Below are positions 1-12,750 of a DNA stretch of 64,000 nt, in pieces. Numbering within the stretch: the first letter of the stretch is position 1; each line of letters begins with the position of its first letter. Source of the stretch: Patellaria atrata CBS 101060 (Eukaryota); assembly GCA_010093705.1 (NCBI GenBank), contig MU006096.1:580004-644003 (forward strand). The letters run 5' to 3'. Below the pieces are notes generated by a model. That model made no database searches and had not been told where the DNA came from. It saw only the letters and a program-made list of their open reading frames with translations. The position numbers and the translations under genes were made by a program.

Positions 1-744
1 GGTGGTGCAAGAGAGAGGACGTGAAGTTCCTGTGCTATCGATTCCAAAGCTTGGAACGTTTGGTGGACGCTTAATTTTAAAAGAGAGAGATAGAAGTCTC
101 TCGTAGCCGCCTCGTCATTCTGAAGAGCCGATGGGTTCTGCTGCAAATGCTACAAATCTAGTCATCAGATCTGATCAAGCAATATGACCTAGAAAAGTAT
201 ACCTCAAGCTTCTTTTTAAGCTCTTTCTCCTCCCTGAATCTTGCTATCTTAATATCTCTCCTCGCTGCCGCATCCGTAGTGGAAGCTGTTGAAAATGCGT
301 CAGGAGCATCTTCGTATTTTTGATACAGGCGAGAGTCTGTTTTGGAAAGAATATCGTAGGAATCCAGGCGTTTTAGAAACCTCTCGAGGTGTGTGCGCGA
401 CCGATTGAGATACGACTTTCGATCTCCACCTGTTATCTTGAGAACGAGCTCTGCGAGATGAAACTCAATTATCAGATACCTATCATTCATCAGCTTTGAT
501 ACGTGAGGGATTGGGCGGTTTAGGCTTACTGGAGATCATTAGAGGAGATATCATCTAGTGTTTCATTCGAACTAAAGAGGGATATCTGATCGGCCGCCTT
601 CAAGCATTGCTCGTACGTAGTTATAGCAGAGGTAAGTTTCTCCTGAAAAGTTGACGTGTTAGTATCCCAGGAGAATTCCAGATCTCTTCGTTTACTTTCA
701 GCTTCGAGGAAGTAATTTCGAAGACTACGTGATTCTTCTGCCAT
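1..744 (-). CDS. TAP42: TAP42/alpha4 (IGBP1) family PP2A regulator, 3' end runs off the window
   Basis: Exons 744-530, 479-203 and 149-<1 join through GT-AG introns (529-480, 202-150). The product has the family motifs 'SLFSSNETLDDISS.DL.YL' and 'RRDIKIARFREEKELKKKLE'. Confidence 0.9.
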
Positions 745-1166
745 TATTCTCCCAGAAAGTGAGGTTTAAAAAATACAACCTGGAAGTACCACGTCCCAGA
801 GAAGAGCGGAAGGCGGACTAAATCATGCCAAGACAACAGAGTTTCGGTTCAATGCATTTCGCCGAACCGAGAATCTTTTCCCGTGTTTTAACGGGTAAAC
901 GCGTTGTACCGTGAATAAACACAGACTTCGCACCGGTTCCGACTATTCGCATAGAACATGGCTTGACATCGTGACAAACTGCATAATTTCTGCACATCGG
1001 CAAATGAGTGACCAGCAAGTAGTAACAGCGTGATAAGGACACGCTTTACCCTACCGAAGATGGCTCATCTGTACGACGGTGTTGAATGGTCAAACATATA
1101 TTTACCTCAAGCCACCACTAACCAGTCAGTAGAAACGATACTCAACTTGAAATTCCGAATCTTAAG

Positions 1167-4100
1167 ATGGCCGTAGACGATGTCGACTATGACGAAGATC
1201 AAGAGCTGGTCAGAGCCAGGGAAGGAGAACTTGGAGATGACCAATCTGATGAGGAAGACAACGGGCTAGAAGCTGCTCACACGACAAAAGAAAAAAAGCG
1301 TGAACAGAATACCATCTTCAAGAGCTGGGTCACGAAGAAGGTCGATGCCTCTTTCACCAAGGAGATTAATGATGCAATGAAGACTACTGATGATGAAGTT
1401 CTTTCTATCAGAGGGCTCCTCGCGAAGCAGGAAGGCACCAACATCATCAAAGATCCCCGGGAATACCAAATGGAGCTATTCGAAAGGGCAAAGCAAGAAA
1501 ACATAATAGCTGTTCTTGACACTGGGTCTGGCAAGACGTTGATTGCTGTATTGCTCTTAAGGCACATCCTGGATCAAGAGCTCGAGAACAGGGCTGCAGG
1601 GAAAGCGCCTCGCATTGCATTTTTCTTAGTAGGTTAAACTGTTCCCATATGTATAGAGCGGACACTCATTGCGTTGATAGGTCGACTCAGTGACTCTCGT
1701 CTTTCAGCAATTCAACGTCCTCGAGACAAACCTCGACCATAAAGTTGATCGATTTTGCGGCGCAATGAAGACAGACCTATGGTCTAAACAAGTATGGGAC
1801 AAGCACTTTGCTACTAATATGGTACTCGTATGTACCGCGGAAGTCCTGGCGCAATGTCTCATGCACTCATTCATCAAGATGGAGCAGATCAACCTACTGA
1901 TATTTGACGAAGCACACCATGCTAAGAAGAATCATGCATACGCCCGGATTATGAGGGATTACTATATAACTCAACCCGACCCTACCAAATCCCCCAAGAT
2001 ATTTGGAATGACAGCGTCTCCTGTTGACTCTAAGGAAAGTGTGGAGTGGGCCGCCATGGATTTAGAAGACTTGCTCAAATGCAAGATTGCGACGACTGCC
2101 GATCTTTCTTTGCTGCAAAAAAGTGTTAGTCGTCCCACAGAAGAGATATGTCTGTATCCTTCTATCCCACCGCCGTTCGAAACTCAACTCTATCAACGCC
2201 TTCATCGAGACTTTGGGGATGTTCCAGCCTTTGGAAAGATGTTTACTGATGCGAAAATGGCAAGTTCTCATCTTGGCCGTTGGTGTTCAGATATGTTCTG
2301 GTCATTTGCCCTAACGGATGAAGAAGAACGCAAGTTAGAAGGGAGACAACAGAAAGCCTACCATGCGGACAAAAACTCGCAGTCCATGAAAGTGTTTGAT
2401 GCTCAGATTGAGCGTCTCAGAGAAGCGGCGAAGATTGTTCAGGAGCACGATTTTGGGTCTCCGAAATTGAGTCCAGACGATTTGAGCCCCAAAGTATTAT
2501 CGTTTGCGTCCTGGCTACTACTCTACTTCGAGCGGCCCACCGATGCACGATGTATAGTTTTCGTGGAACGCCGTCAGACTGCTCGGTTACTTCAACTAAT
2601 CTTTCAACATCTAGGTGGCCCACACCTTCGTCCCGGTGTTCTTGTAGGAGCAGGTTCCACCTCAATTATTGGCAATATCGATGTATCTTTTCACCAACAA
2701 GTCATGACCATGATTAAGTTCAGGAAGGGTGAGTTAAACTGTCTTTTCTCGACCTCCATTGGTGAGGAAGGTTTGGACATACCCGACTGCAACCTTGTCA
2801 TCCGTTTTGATCTCTACAAGACTATGATACAGTACGTTCAATCAAGAGGCCGAGCTCGCCATCGCAACTCCAAATACATACATATGGTCGAAACCGGTAA
2901 CTATCATCATCAAAACCTCTGCCGTGAGGTCCGGCATGCTGAAGCCATCATGCGACAATTCTGCGAGGCTCTTCCCGAGGACCGTCTGCTCCACGGGAAC
3001 GATTTTGATAACGGTTTTACATCGAGTAATAGTACTAACTTAGTTCACACGGTCAATTCTACTGGAGCAAAGTTAACTCATGGCACAAGCATGTCTGTGC
3101 TATCTCATTTTGTATCTTCTCTTAGTCGGTCCAATGAACCTCCTGAACAACCCCAGTTCATCATGACAAGGCAAGCCGACAAATATGTCTGTGAAGTTAA
3201 ATTACCAGAGAACTGCCCGATACCGGGCGCATTGGGAATACCATGTCGTAAGAAAGCATTAGCGAAACAATCAGCTGCCTTTGAAGCTTGTGTTTTGCTT
3301 CGCAAAGGCAAGTATCTCGATGAAAATCTTCTCCCTATCTATGTAAAGCAACTCCCGGCGATGCGCAATGCGTTGCTTGCATTGAACTCAAAGAAGTCGA
3401 ACATGTATAATATGCGACTGAAACCCTCAATCTGGGAGACGACAAGAGGCTCCGTTCCTACGCAGCTCTTCTTGACGATCATAGACCTCCCTATGGGACT
3501 CGATCGACCTCATCAGCCTCTAGGGCTCTTGACAAGGGAGTGTCTTCCAGAGTTCCCTGAATTTCCGCTTCACCTCAATGATGGGAAGGTAAGTATAGTC
3601 AAAGTTATTCCCTTGAAATTCTCGTTTCATTCGACGCAAGAGCTCCTCGAACACCTTACATCCTTCACATTGCGAATATACAAGGACTTATTCAATAAGA
3701 CCTTTGAGAACGAACAAGCAAATATGTCTTACTGGTTAGCTCCCATAGTTTCGGCAGATAATGCTTTTCCAGAAATTTATCAATACCCGGAGAACCTAAT
3801 TGATAAGACTACTCTGAAGGTGGTTTTCGAAAACGATGAATACACATGGAGCCCAGAAATGGACAACTCGTTCCTTGCCAATAGGTTTCTGGTAGACAGA
3901 TGGGACGGAGGACGAAGGTTCTTCTCCGTCAAGGTTACCAATAAACTTACTGCACTGGATGCTGTTCCTCCGGATACCGTAAAGAGCAAGCGGAAAAATG
4001 TCAGGAACATTCTTGACTACACGATCAGTCTTTGGAGTAAATCCAGGCAACGCGCAACTTGGAACGAAAATCAACCTGTCATTGAAGCATCTCAAGTATT

Positions 4101-5947
4101 ACACCGTCGTAATATGCTAGCAGAACCAGAAAACAGAGAGGTTGCACTTAAGACTAAATGCTACGTTTGTCCTCAGCCCCTCAAGATTTCCGCGGTAAGA
4201 TATTCTCTGTTCAATTGATAAGCTCATATTAATGGTTTCTACAGCTTCCTCCCACAGTAGCCACCATTGGACTCGTATTTCCGGCCATTATCTACCGTCT
4301 CGACTCTTACATGACCGCTCTAGATGCTACCAAATTAGTTAATATCCGTATCGGAGCGGCATTGGCTCTGGAAGCAATGACCAAGGATTCCGATAATTCC
4401 GAGGAACACTCCGAGGAAAAGGTAAACTTCCAGAGAGGTATGGGTAGCAATTATGAGCGCCTTGAGTTTATGGGAGATTGTTTCCTCAAGATGGGAACTA
4501 CAATTGCTTTGTTTGGTCTGCATCCTGAAAGCGATGAGTTCGACTTCCACGTGCACCGTATGGTTCTAATCTGCAATGCGAACTTGTTCAAGACAGCCAA
4601 AAAGTTAAAAATTCAAGAGTATATCCGTAGTCAAGCGTTCTCTCGGTGAGTAAAGTCATTGATGTATATAGACCACAACTAACTGGACTTAGACGGACTT
4701 GGTATCCTGAAGGACTGAAACTCATAGAAGGTAAAGGGGCCAAAAATGCAAGCGACCAAGTTATGAAGCACTCTTTAGGTGATAAGACAGTTGCCGATGT
4801 GTGTGAAGCGCTCATAGGAGCAGCGTTTATGGAGTACAATATACCTGGAGTTTGGAACCCAGAGCTCTGGGAGAATGCTATCAAGGCGGTAACTGCTCTA
4901 GTTGACGACGACAATCACAGGATGCAGAAATGGGAAGACTACGTTGCCGCATACGTAATCCCAGCCTATCAAACAGACCAGAGTACTGCTTCTCAACGAG
5001 ATCTCGCAGAGAAGGTTGCGAAGGAGCATCCCTATAAATTTAATTACCCACGACTATTACGTTCTGCGTTCCTCCATCCGTCATATCCGTACACATGGGA
5101 GAAATTGCCAAGTTACCAACGACTTGAATTCCTTGGGGATGCTTTGTTGGACATGACCTGCATCACACACCTTTTCTACCGCTTTCCGGGTAAAGACCCT
5201 CAATGGCTCACCGAACACAAGATGGCTATGGTCTCAAACAAATTCTTGGGCGCCGTATGCGTCAAGATTGGATTTCATAGACATCTGCGCTTTAACCACG
5301 CACAGATCGAGTGCCAAGTTCGCGAGTACGCCATTGAGATCCAGGAAGCAGAACGTGAATCAAAAGGGGCTCGGGACTACTGGACGACTGTAAAAGCTCC
5401 TCCAAAATGTCTTCCCGATATCGTCGAATCGTACGTCGGGGCCCTCTTCATAGACTCCAACTTCAACTATGGCGAAGTCCAACGTTTCTTCGATACCCAT
5501 ATCGCATGGTTCTTTGAAGACATGTCTATCTACGACACCTTTGCGAACAACCATCCCACGACCCAACTTCACCACTTGCTGGCAATCGACATGGGCTGCA
5601 CGGACTACCGTCTCCTATCGGACGAAATCGCTATACTGACCGGAGGTCCACCAAAGGTTATCGCCGGTCTGATGATACACAACAAGGTTGTGGCGGAGGG
5701 AGTTGCAAGTTCCGGCAAGAACGCGAAGGTCAAAGCGAGTCTAAACGCACTAGAGCTCATACAGGGACTCGCGCCGTTCGAGTTCAGGGCAAAATTTGGG
5801 TGTGGTTGTCGCCAGAACGCCAATGTGGAAGACGAAAAATGGCCGTCTGCTACGAACGGAGATCTGAAGACAAACGGAGTTAATGGTGCCAATGGAGAGA
5901 CTGCTATTGCGGGTGTTATGATTGAGCAGATGGGCACGGCCGTTTGA
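1167..5947 (+). CDS. dcl1: Dicer-like protein 1 (helicase, DUF283, PAZ region, two RNase III domains, dsRBD)
   Basis: Exons 1167-1628, 1681-4194, 4245-4645 and 4693-5947 splice in frame. Motifs: 'PREYQMELF..DTGSGKT', 'LIFDEAHH', 'EEGLDIPDCNLVIRFD', RNase IIIa 'NYERLEFMGDCFLK/ADVCEALIGA', RNase IIIb 'YQRLEFLGDALLD/PDIVESYVGA', C-terminal C..H..CxC. Confidence 0.95.
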
Positions 5948-7440
5948 ATCAGCACATTTATAGGAGTTTAAGCATTGAATCCGGAGTTACGGGGACAAAT
6001 GACTAACGATTAATGACGATTGGGTTTGGGCCACATAGCTTGTCAGACATCGACTGTGATATTACATCTCACAGCAAGGCGGAGTATAAGGGAATGTAGA
6101 AACATATTCAGTTTCACGGTCTAGACCAGTACTTTAGCATCACTCGGGAATCCATGATCGATCAATAAATCTGCTGATATTTTCTACTTTACTCATATTT
6201 CGTGATGTCATACGTCCCATCCAGCAAGAGAAACTGTACTGGAGACCGACAAAAATAGACAGTATAAACACGAGGTCTGGACCTTCGTGACGCGAAAGAT
6301 TTCCTTTCCCTGTTTTTCTATTTCCCCATCCTTCTTCTCCTTCTTTATCCTCCTCGTAATAGCCCCTCTGTTCAATACTCTCTCCTCTCCTCACTTCGCT
6401 CCCGGTTTGCGACCAACTCTTCGATCACTACGCGCAGTAACTATCTACCGCCTTGAGGGGAGTTTGGAGACATATAGAAGGTCAGGATATATGATTTTCC
6501 TGTTCGTATACCCTGTAGTGTTTCGATTAAATCCCCTACGTTGCGTACAGTCCCTTGAACAGTGTTCGTATTAAGCACAGGAGGTATCCGGCTTACGTGT
6601 CCGACATCGACTTACTAGTCACATGTTCCAACTGACTATAAAGAGTGAAGCCAGAGACCCCGTCTCGGGGCCATCCGTACAATAAGTCAGAGGATATACG
6701 GTTGAGACGTTCGCACTGGAAGTAGTCGCTGTACTGTTTAGCCCACCACGTACAGCGGAGACGGACTCTCCTGAGGCGCTTCCGTACAGTATACCACAAC
6801 TTGCAGACGCGAGAAGGGTGTGTACGATATGTGAAATTGATCCCTCAATGTCCAGTCATTCCCACTGGGTCTGTCAATCGAACTTGCGGCTGGGAACAAA
6901 ATGCTGTACGCTGCTCGAGAATGAACGTATCAGTCGAAGATGAAAGTTATGACTCCCCGATCCTGCTTTAGGACTTACGATATGTTATTCGGTTGTTGCG
7001 TAGCAGATATGAGGACCGACCCCCAGCGAAATGTCGGTCATGGAAGCAATCGCAGAGATGTGATATATGAAGTAGTTGTACACTTCTGGATAGTAAGCCC
7101 TACAAACTATTTCCTGTATAGTGTACTAGTACTAATCATCTACTGTAGGCTTCCTATTTAGACATGCGGGCATCGCTTAATCATTAATATATTAGGGGCC
7201 TGTATTGCTTAGGTCAAGGAGTGCCATTACAAAGGAAAGGGACATGCGGAAGTATGAATCCATCATTATATATATAGAAGGAACCTAAGATCGGCTGAAA
7301 CAGAATAATATCGTAATGTTTGGAATTAATGTATTGATCTCTAATCGTGTTGATAGATTGTATCCCTCGCCTTAAACGAGCCAGATTCTACAAGTTACCC
7401 CAGTATTCGTAAGTACCCTACGCCAAATGTTCACGACTCC

Positions 7441-7620
7441 AAAAAAAACCGCAGTTCCCTAATACAGCAGCATGATCCGCCCTGCGGTCTGCCAGAATGC
7501 GAACTCTAACGGAAAGCCTGAGAACTAGACAAAAGCCACTCGAGGGCGGATCAGCCGAACCCGAACCTCGATCGAGGCCGGCTAGCACGCCAGGCGCCGA
7601 CCAACGCCAAAGTCAGAAGC
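7441..7620 (-). ncRNA. Putative structured RNA element (unassigned; Pol III-like or KRE2 3'UTR structure)
   Basis: 11-bp perfect inverted repeat 7473-7483/7543-7553, a second stem 7448-7454/7482-7488, palindrome 7566-7577 and a T8 run on the minus strand (7441-7448). I recognised no known RNA family. Confidence 0.3.
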
Positions 7621-7863
7621 ACGCCTAACACGGATTGAATGGCCCATCTAATACGTTGAGCTTTGGTGGAGGGTGCGCTTTAATACCGATACCCCGGGGG
7701 GAGGAAAAATTAGTGGGATGTTCTTGATGCATTGATTTAACGTTTGATATTCGTGGGCGTTACATCTTAGGTATTGTTTTTGAATTGCTTTTGGTTGATT
7801 TGACTTGGAAGTGCTAGGATAGTGTGGAAAATGATGAAAGGAAGAGAAGAAAGTAGAAGCCAT

Positions 7864-9251
7864 TTATTGCTCCTTTTCATACCCGGCTGGTTTCTCTAGT
7901 CCGTTAATTTCAAAGTAGCGAGCCGTACCTAAGGGAGTAGTCAGTAATTGGAAGAACAAGCATATGTGGATTTGTGAAACATACATGAGTAGCCATTCCA
8001 GTCAAAGTTGTCCTTGGGGTTGCAATGGCATTTGTTATCGAGCCTGAATTGTTCACCAGTTGGGCAATGAGTAAACGGGACGTGGTAATACGCTATGTCA
8101 TTAAAGAAGTGAATTTGGTCCTTTTTAAGCATGAGAGCGGCCGCAATGGAATGGACCGGGGCATCGCCCCATCGTTCGTAGAAAAATCCGCCATCACGGT
8201 CGAGTTTGGTGAAGTAATCGATGTATGCTTTGGACCGAAGCCAATTTAGGTTACCAATTTCAAAGTTTGACCACTGTAAACTAGTTTAGCAGACGATACC
8301 ACCCTAAGAATGGGGAGCCTTACGAAATGACAATGATTGTAAGTCTCTCCATTATCGTCGCTCAAGAAAGACATGGAGTTACCCTCAGAAATATGTTCTG
8401 GGTGCTCTTTCATAAATCCTTTGACGCTATCCCACAATGTTGGGATGGTTTCAACATACTCGAACAGACTTAGAGTGAAGCTGTATTTCTTGTTGTTGTC
8501 GGCCATGAACTTGAACGTGTCATAATTGATATCACAGAACAGTTCAATGCTAGGCTCCACACGCCAGTACCACTCATAATCCATCATCAACGGATGGCGA
8601 AAGAAGAAACCTGACTCGTAGCGACACATGTGCCTATAGCTAATCGAATCACCGTAAATAATCTTCTTTTCCTTCATCTGCTCACGCACTCTAGCAGCTT
8701 TATCCTGATCGATCCATTCGGGGAATGACCAATGTGCAGTTGGAATCAAGCCATACTTAGTTTTGCCTGAAACAAGGGCGGAGGTGACTTTCTTGAACTG
8801 GTCGTCGAACTCCTTGTCGTTGAGAAATACCCAATCATAGTTAAATTTGCGGTTGAAGCGGTCCTCTACTGCCCGAATGGATTTGGCAATCTCCCAGACA
8901 TCGGAATTTCTTGCGAGAGTGACAAAAGTAGCATTCATCCTCGGCCCAGGCGCTGTAGCTGGAGGAAGCGTTTGACCCTCATTAGGAGTAGTCTGAGGAG
9001 TTGTTACAACGCCTTCATTACTCTGCTGGCTAGGTTCACTATGTTCTCCTCTCCATTTGGATGTCTGATCTTTTAATATCTCGCTTGCGCTTTGTAGTCG
9101 TGCTGTAGGGACGTCGGAGCTGGAAGAGATGAAGAAGATAAGGATCAAACACTAATGATAACTGTCAATAGATAAAACATGCAGCTGATTAGCAATCACA
9201 TACGAGAATGGCGAAGATTATATAGCGGAGATAGCGTTGAGTGCCTGCCAT
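7864..9251 (-). CDS. KRE2: Alpha-1,2-mannosyltransferase, GT15 (KRE2/MNT1/KTR1 family)
   Basis: N-terminal TM anchor in exons 9251-9204 and 9151-8324. Motifs '[12 protein letters not shown]', '[13 protein letters not shown]', 'YWRVEP', 'HFWSNFEI', '[15 protein letters not shown]'. Stop TAA at 7864-7866. Confidence 0.92.
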
Positions 9252-10079
9252 GGTCGGCCTGTTGCCAGTCGAGGTGTACGGTTGTTCCGTAGACCTTCCC
9301 CTCTTTAGATCCAGATTGGCGACTTTATTGCAGATTCCTTATCTAGAAACGGGAGTTTGGGTGTTGAGCGAATTTGATCAAGAGGTTTCAATTTAGATAG
9401 GGGGTGTGGAGAGCGTGGCGATGTAACCGTTACGGCTTAATACGCCCGTATAAGAGACCTGGCTTCAGGAGTGGGTTAAAGGTCGTAAACCTCGAGGCAA
9501 GTTAATGCTTGAGGTCCTGCAGTTTCTGAAGCAAGGAATATGGATTGTAGAGCAGTGGAAGAAGATTAGGAGAAGATTAAGAGGAAATGGAAATTGCAGA
9601 CAGGAAAGAGGAACCTAAGGAATGGTTAGGTTTTGGCAAGAAAGGAGAAAGTTGAACACGCAACCCTCAAAATGGCAGGAGAATCCTCGAAAAATAGATC
9701 AAACAGATCAAACTAAACAAACAGTTCTTGGCGCTGGCTAGTTCTACAGTTTATGCTTGGAAAACATCACCACATAGTATCGTGATGGTCTTCGTACAAA
9801 AACTAACAGTACCATTTCGATTCCTTTGGTTCTCATCATATTTCGCTACTCGCCCTTCACCCTTATTTGATAGGGTACTTGCTATCTTGCATTGGTTTGA
9901 GTCTTTCCTTTAAAGATCTATTGTTCCTGGAAGCTGCCTTCGCTGGATCTACAACACATTGCTCGACTTCGACAGCTTGGTTCTATCCTCGATTGTTTTC
10001 ATCTTACCGGAAATGCTATCTGGTCTGCGCTGTAGCCCATTCTCTATTTGAAGTACAGTAGTCTTCAAGACAGTGGAAA

Positions 10080-12750
10080 ATGTCTTTCTTTGGCTTCGAT
10101 ACATCACTTCCCCGCGATCGCGGACATCAGTCTACCGCCCCAGGCTTTGGACAAACCCATGATCCCTTCGCTGGGCTCTCACAAAGAAACGTCAGCGCTA
10201 ACGATGAAGTGTATGCGAATTTTCCTTCTGTGTATAGTCCTCACTAATACTTCTAGATTGGATTTCGAAGAAACATATGATGGTCTGGGAGACCAGCTTG
10301 ATGAGACCGATGATGCGTTCAATGATGACACCTTTGGAGGAGAGCCGGCTAACCAACAGAGTGTTGGCAAGGACTTTGACTTCTCTGGACAGACTGCACA
10401 AATCGCGGATACAATGAAGGAGGAGCAGATGCTATATGCTGCCCGTCAACCCCCTCAGCGACAACCTAGCCCACCGAAGAAAAGCACCAGACCTGCTCGT
10501 ACGGGATATGAGAAATACTCCGAGCCAACGTATATCCCAGAGTTGCAAGCAAATGCTAGTTTGTGGGGAATGGCCCCAAGACAGCCTAGTCAGGACGTAA
10601 CTGAATCGTATCATCGGAAACACAGCGAAGCTGTTCCTCCCACTAGTAACCGGAAGATGATGAGCTTGGAGGAGGTGGAAGCTATGATGCGCGCCCAAAA
10701 CAACCTTAAGTCGACAACACCACAACCTGCACCTCAAACTAGTCAGCCCCAACCTCGTGTTGAACAAGCTCAGTTACCGATAATTCCTCCCCAGCAGGGA
10801 CCGCATCCTCAGGGACAGTTTCCTAACTTTTCTGGCCCTCCCCAAATTCTACAACGTCCACAACAGTTAAGTGAGCAACGCTTTCAGCAAGGAGCTCGAC
10901 CACCCCCCCAAGGCGACAAACAGAATCAAGGTGTGCAACATGCTCAGGTTTTCCAACGCCAGAGACAAGCACCGATGGAGCTTGTTGCTCATCGATCCCA
11001 ACACACATCAACTCCTCCAGGCCCTCGGAGAACTCCTCAACCGAGACAAATTCTACAGAACCCGAACAGGCTTTCCGGCCATGGTCAACCTATTGCTCCT
11101 TCACTCAGTCGTCCAAGCCATCAAGCTCACCTAACAGGACCAATGCATGCGCGCGGTCCTTCATACCCTGGAGCGGTAGTAACAAATCCACAGCAGCTTC
11201 TCAATCTGTCGGATGAGGATCGAGCTGCCTTTCTGGCCGAAGATGCTAGACGCGCTAAACGCAATCACAAGATCCATATGCTCTCTTTAGGTAATGGTCT
11301 GATGACTCCACAGGATAAGAACTTTATCACCCGGATACAATTACAACAACTGGTTACCGCAACTGGTGGTGTTGACGATCAGGATCCGGAGGCTGCATTG
11401 ACGGAAGATTTCTACTATCAGGTTTATAGCCAAATTCGGGGAGCGGCTCGGGAGAATCCCAATCAACCTGCAAACCACTTTGCACAGACATATCTGTTCC
11501 AGACTGGAGGTCGATATGGCCTAGCGGGTCGACGACATCCCCGAGGAGGAGACAATCACATGCAACGTATGGAGCAGCAAGTCCAGCGTGCTGTAGAAGC
11601 TGCAAAAGCGAAACCGAAGAATAAACAGCTAGTCATTGAAGGCAGCCTTGGAAAAATATCTTTCAGCAACGCAAAGACTCCTAAGCCGTTACTGAACCTC
11701 AAACGTACTGACAGTGCTGATGTTCGACCCAGCAGTGCTGGTAGACGTCCGAGCAGACATGCAGCTGTCCTTGATAGAAAAGCGACACTCAGAGACATTG
11801 AAAATGTGTACAGTGATCTGATGGCTATGGAAGATCACGAGCGTCACCTTCCACCCCCGTTGAACGAGAACAGTGATCCAGAGTCGATACAGCAACATAT
11901 GGAGTGGCGCCACACAATCCAAGACCTAAATCAGAAACTATGGCGTGATTTAAAAGTAATGGAGCCAATTGTTCCAAAGTAAGTTATTCGAGACTATTAT
12001 CAGAGCAAAACTTTGACAATTTCTAGTTCGCCGGTCCCTCACCCTTTCATTGCCATACTTTCCCATCCCAAGGGTAAGAAAACTGTCCCACGGGTATTCC
12101 GTCATATTGATGAACAACAACGCGTGACGATTCTAACTATGATCGTCGTGCATCTGGATACCCTCGATGTCGTACGCAATGCTCTCCTGCATCATGATGA
12201 ACCAAAATTATCTCGTATGGCTCGAGAAGAAGTGGAGCTTTTCGCACATTCCGTGATTCCGAGCCTCTTTTCTTACATTAATGAAGCACCGCTGACTATA
12301 GTAATTGGCCTTCTTGGACTTGTCCTTGATCGCACAAATATTCAAAACCTTGTTCGGACGAAGATCGGTCTTTCAATACTTACTATGTTTGTCTCTCGTG
12401 CTGAGATCTTCAAGCAATCATCAGCACCAGGAGATCTTACCGACAGTGACTGGGAGCAATGGCTCCAGCTCTACAATAAACTTTTTGATATCGCCGAACC
12501 TGTCTTACCATATATCTTCCCTGGTAGTGTCAACGACACCGAAGACGTCTATGTCTGGCAATATCTAGCTGCGATGGGTGTTGGTGCAAGCCCCGAGCAG
12601 CAACAAAGGCTAGTGTTAGGAGTGAAAGATAGGGTCATGGAGACAGTCAATGTTAGTAAAGCTCTTCCACCTGAAATTGCTGCAACACGACTTGGACATG
12701 TGAATCTGTTCATGAGAGCCATAGGGCTAGACGTAGAACTGCTTGGATGA
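10080..12750 (+). CDS. PAT1: PAT1 mRNA decapping activator / P-body scaffold
   Basis: True start 'MSFFGFD' at 10080, intron ~10212-10257, then 'DFEETYDGLGDQL..DAFNDDTFG', 'MSLEEVEA', 'GLMTPQDKNFITRIQL', 'SLGKIS' and C-terminal 'VNLFMRAIGLD'. Second intron ~11979-12027. Confidence 0.93.

Noticed and set aside
7515..7600. TPP riboswitch (CTGAGA ... GAACCTCGATC on + strand)
   Set aside because: The downstream conserved segment is missing, and it is not in an intron of a thiamine gene.
7441..7650. Telomerase RNA (P6.1-like hairpin AGAGUUCGCAUUCU and Sm-like U-run)
   Set aside because: There is no TAACCCTAA-type template upstream on the minus strand and too little room before the KRE2 stop. P6 is unconvincing.
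1167..12750. dcl1 and PAT1 as an RNA-silencing gene cluster
   Set aside because: They are separated by an unrelated mannosyltransferase, with no Argonaute or RdRP nearby; this looks like an ordinary housekeeping neighbourhood.
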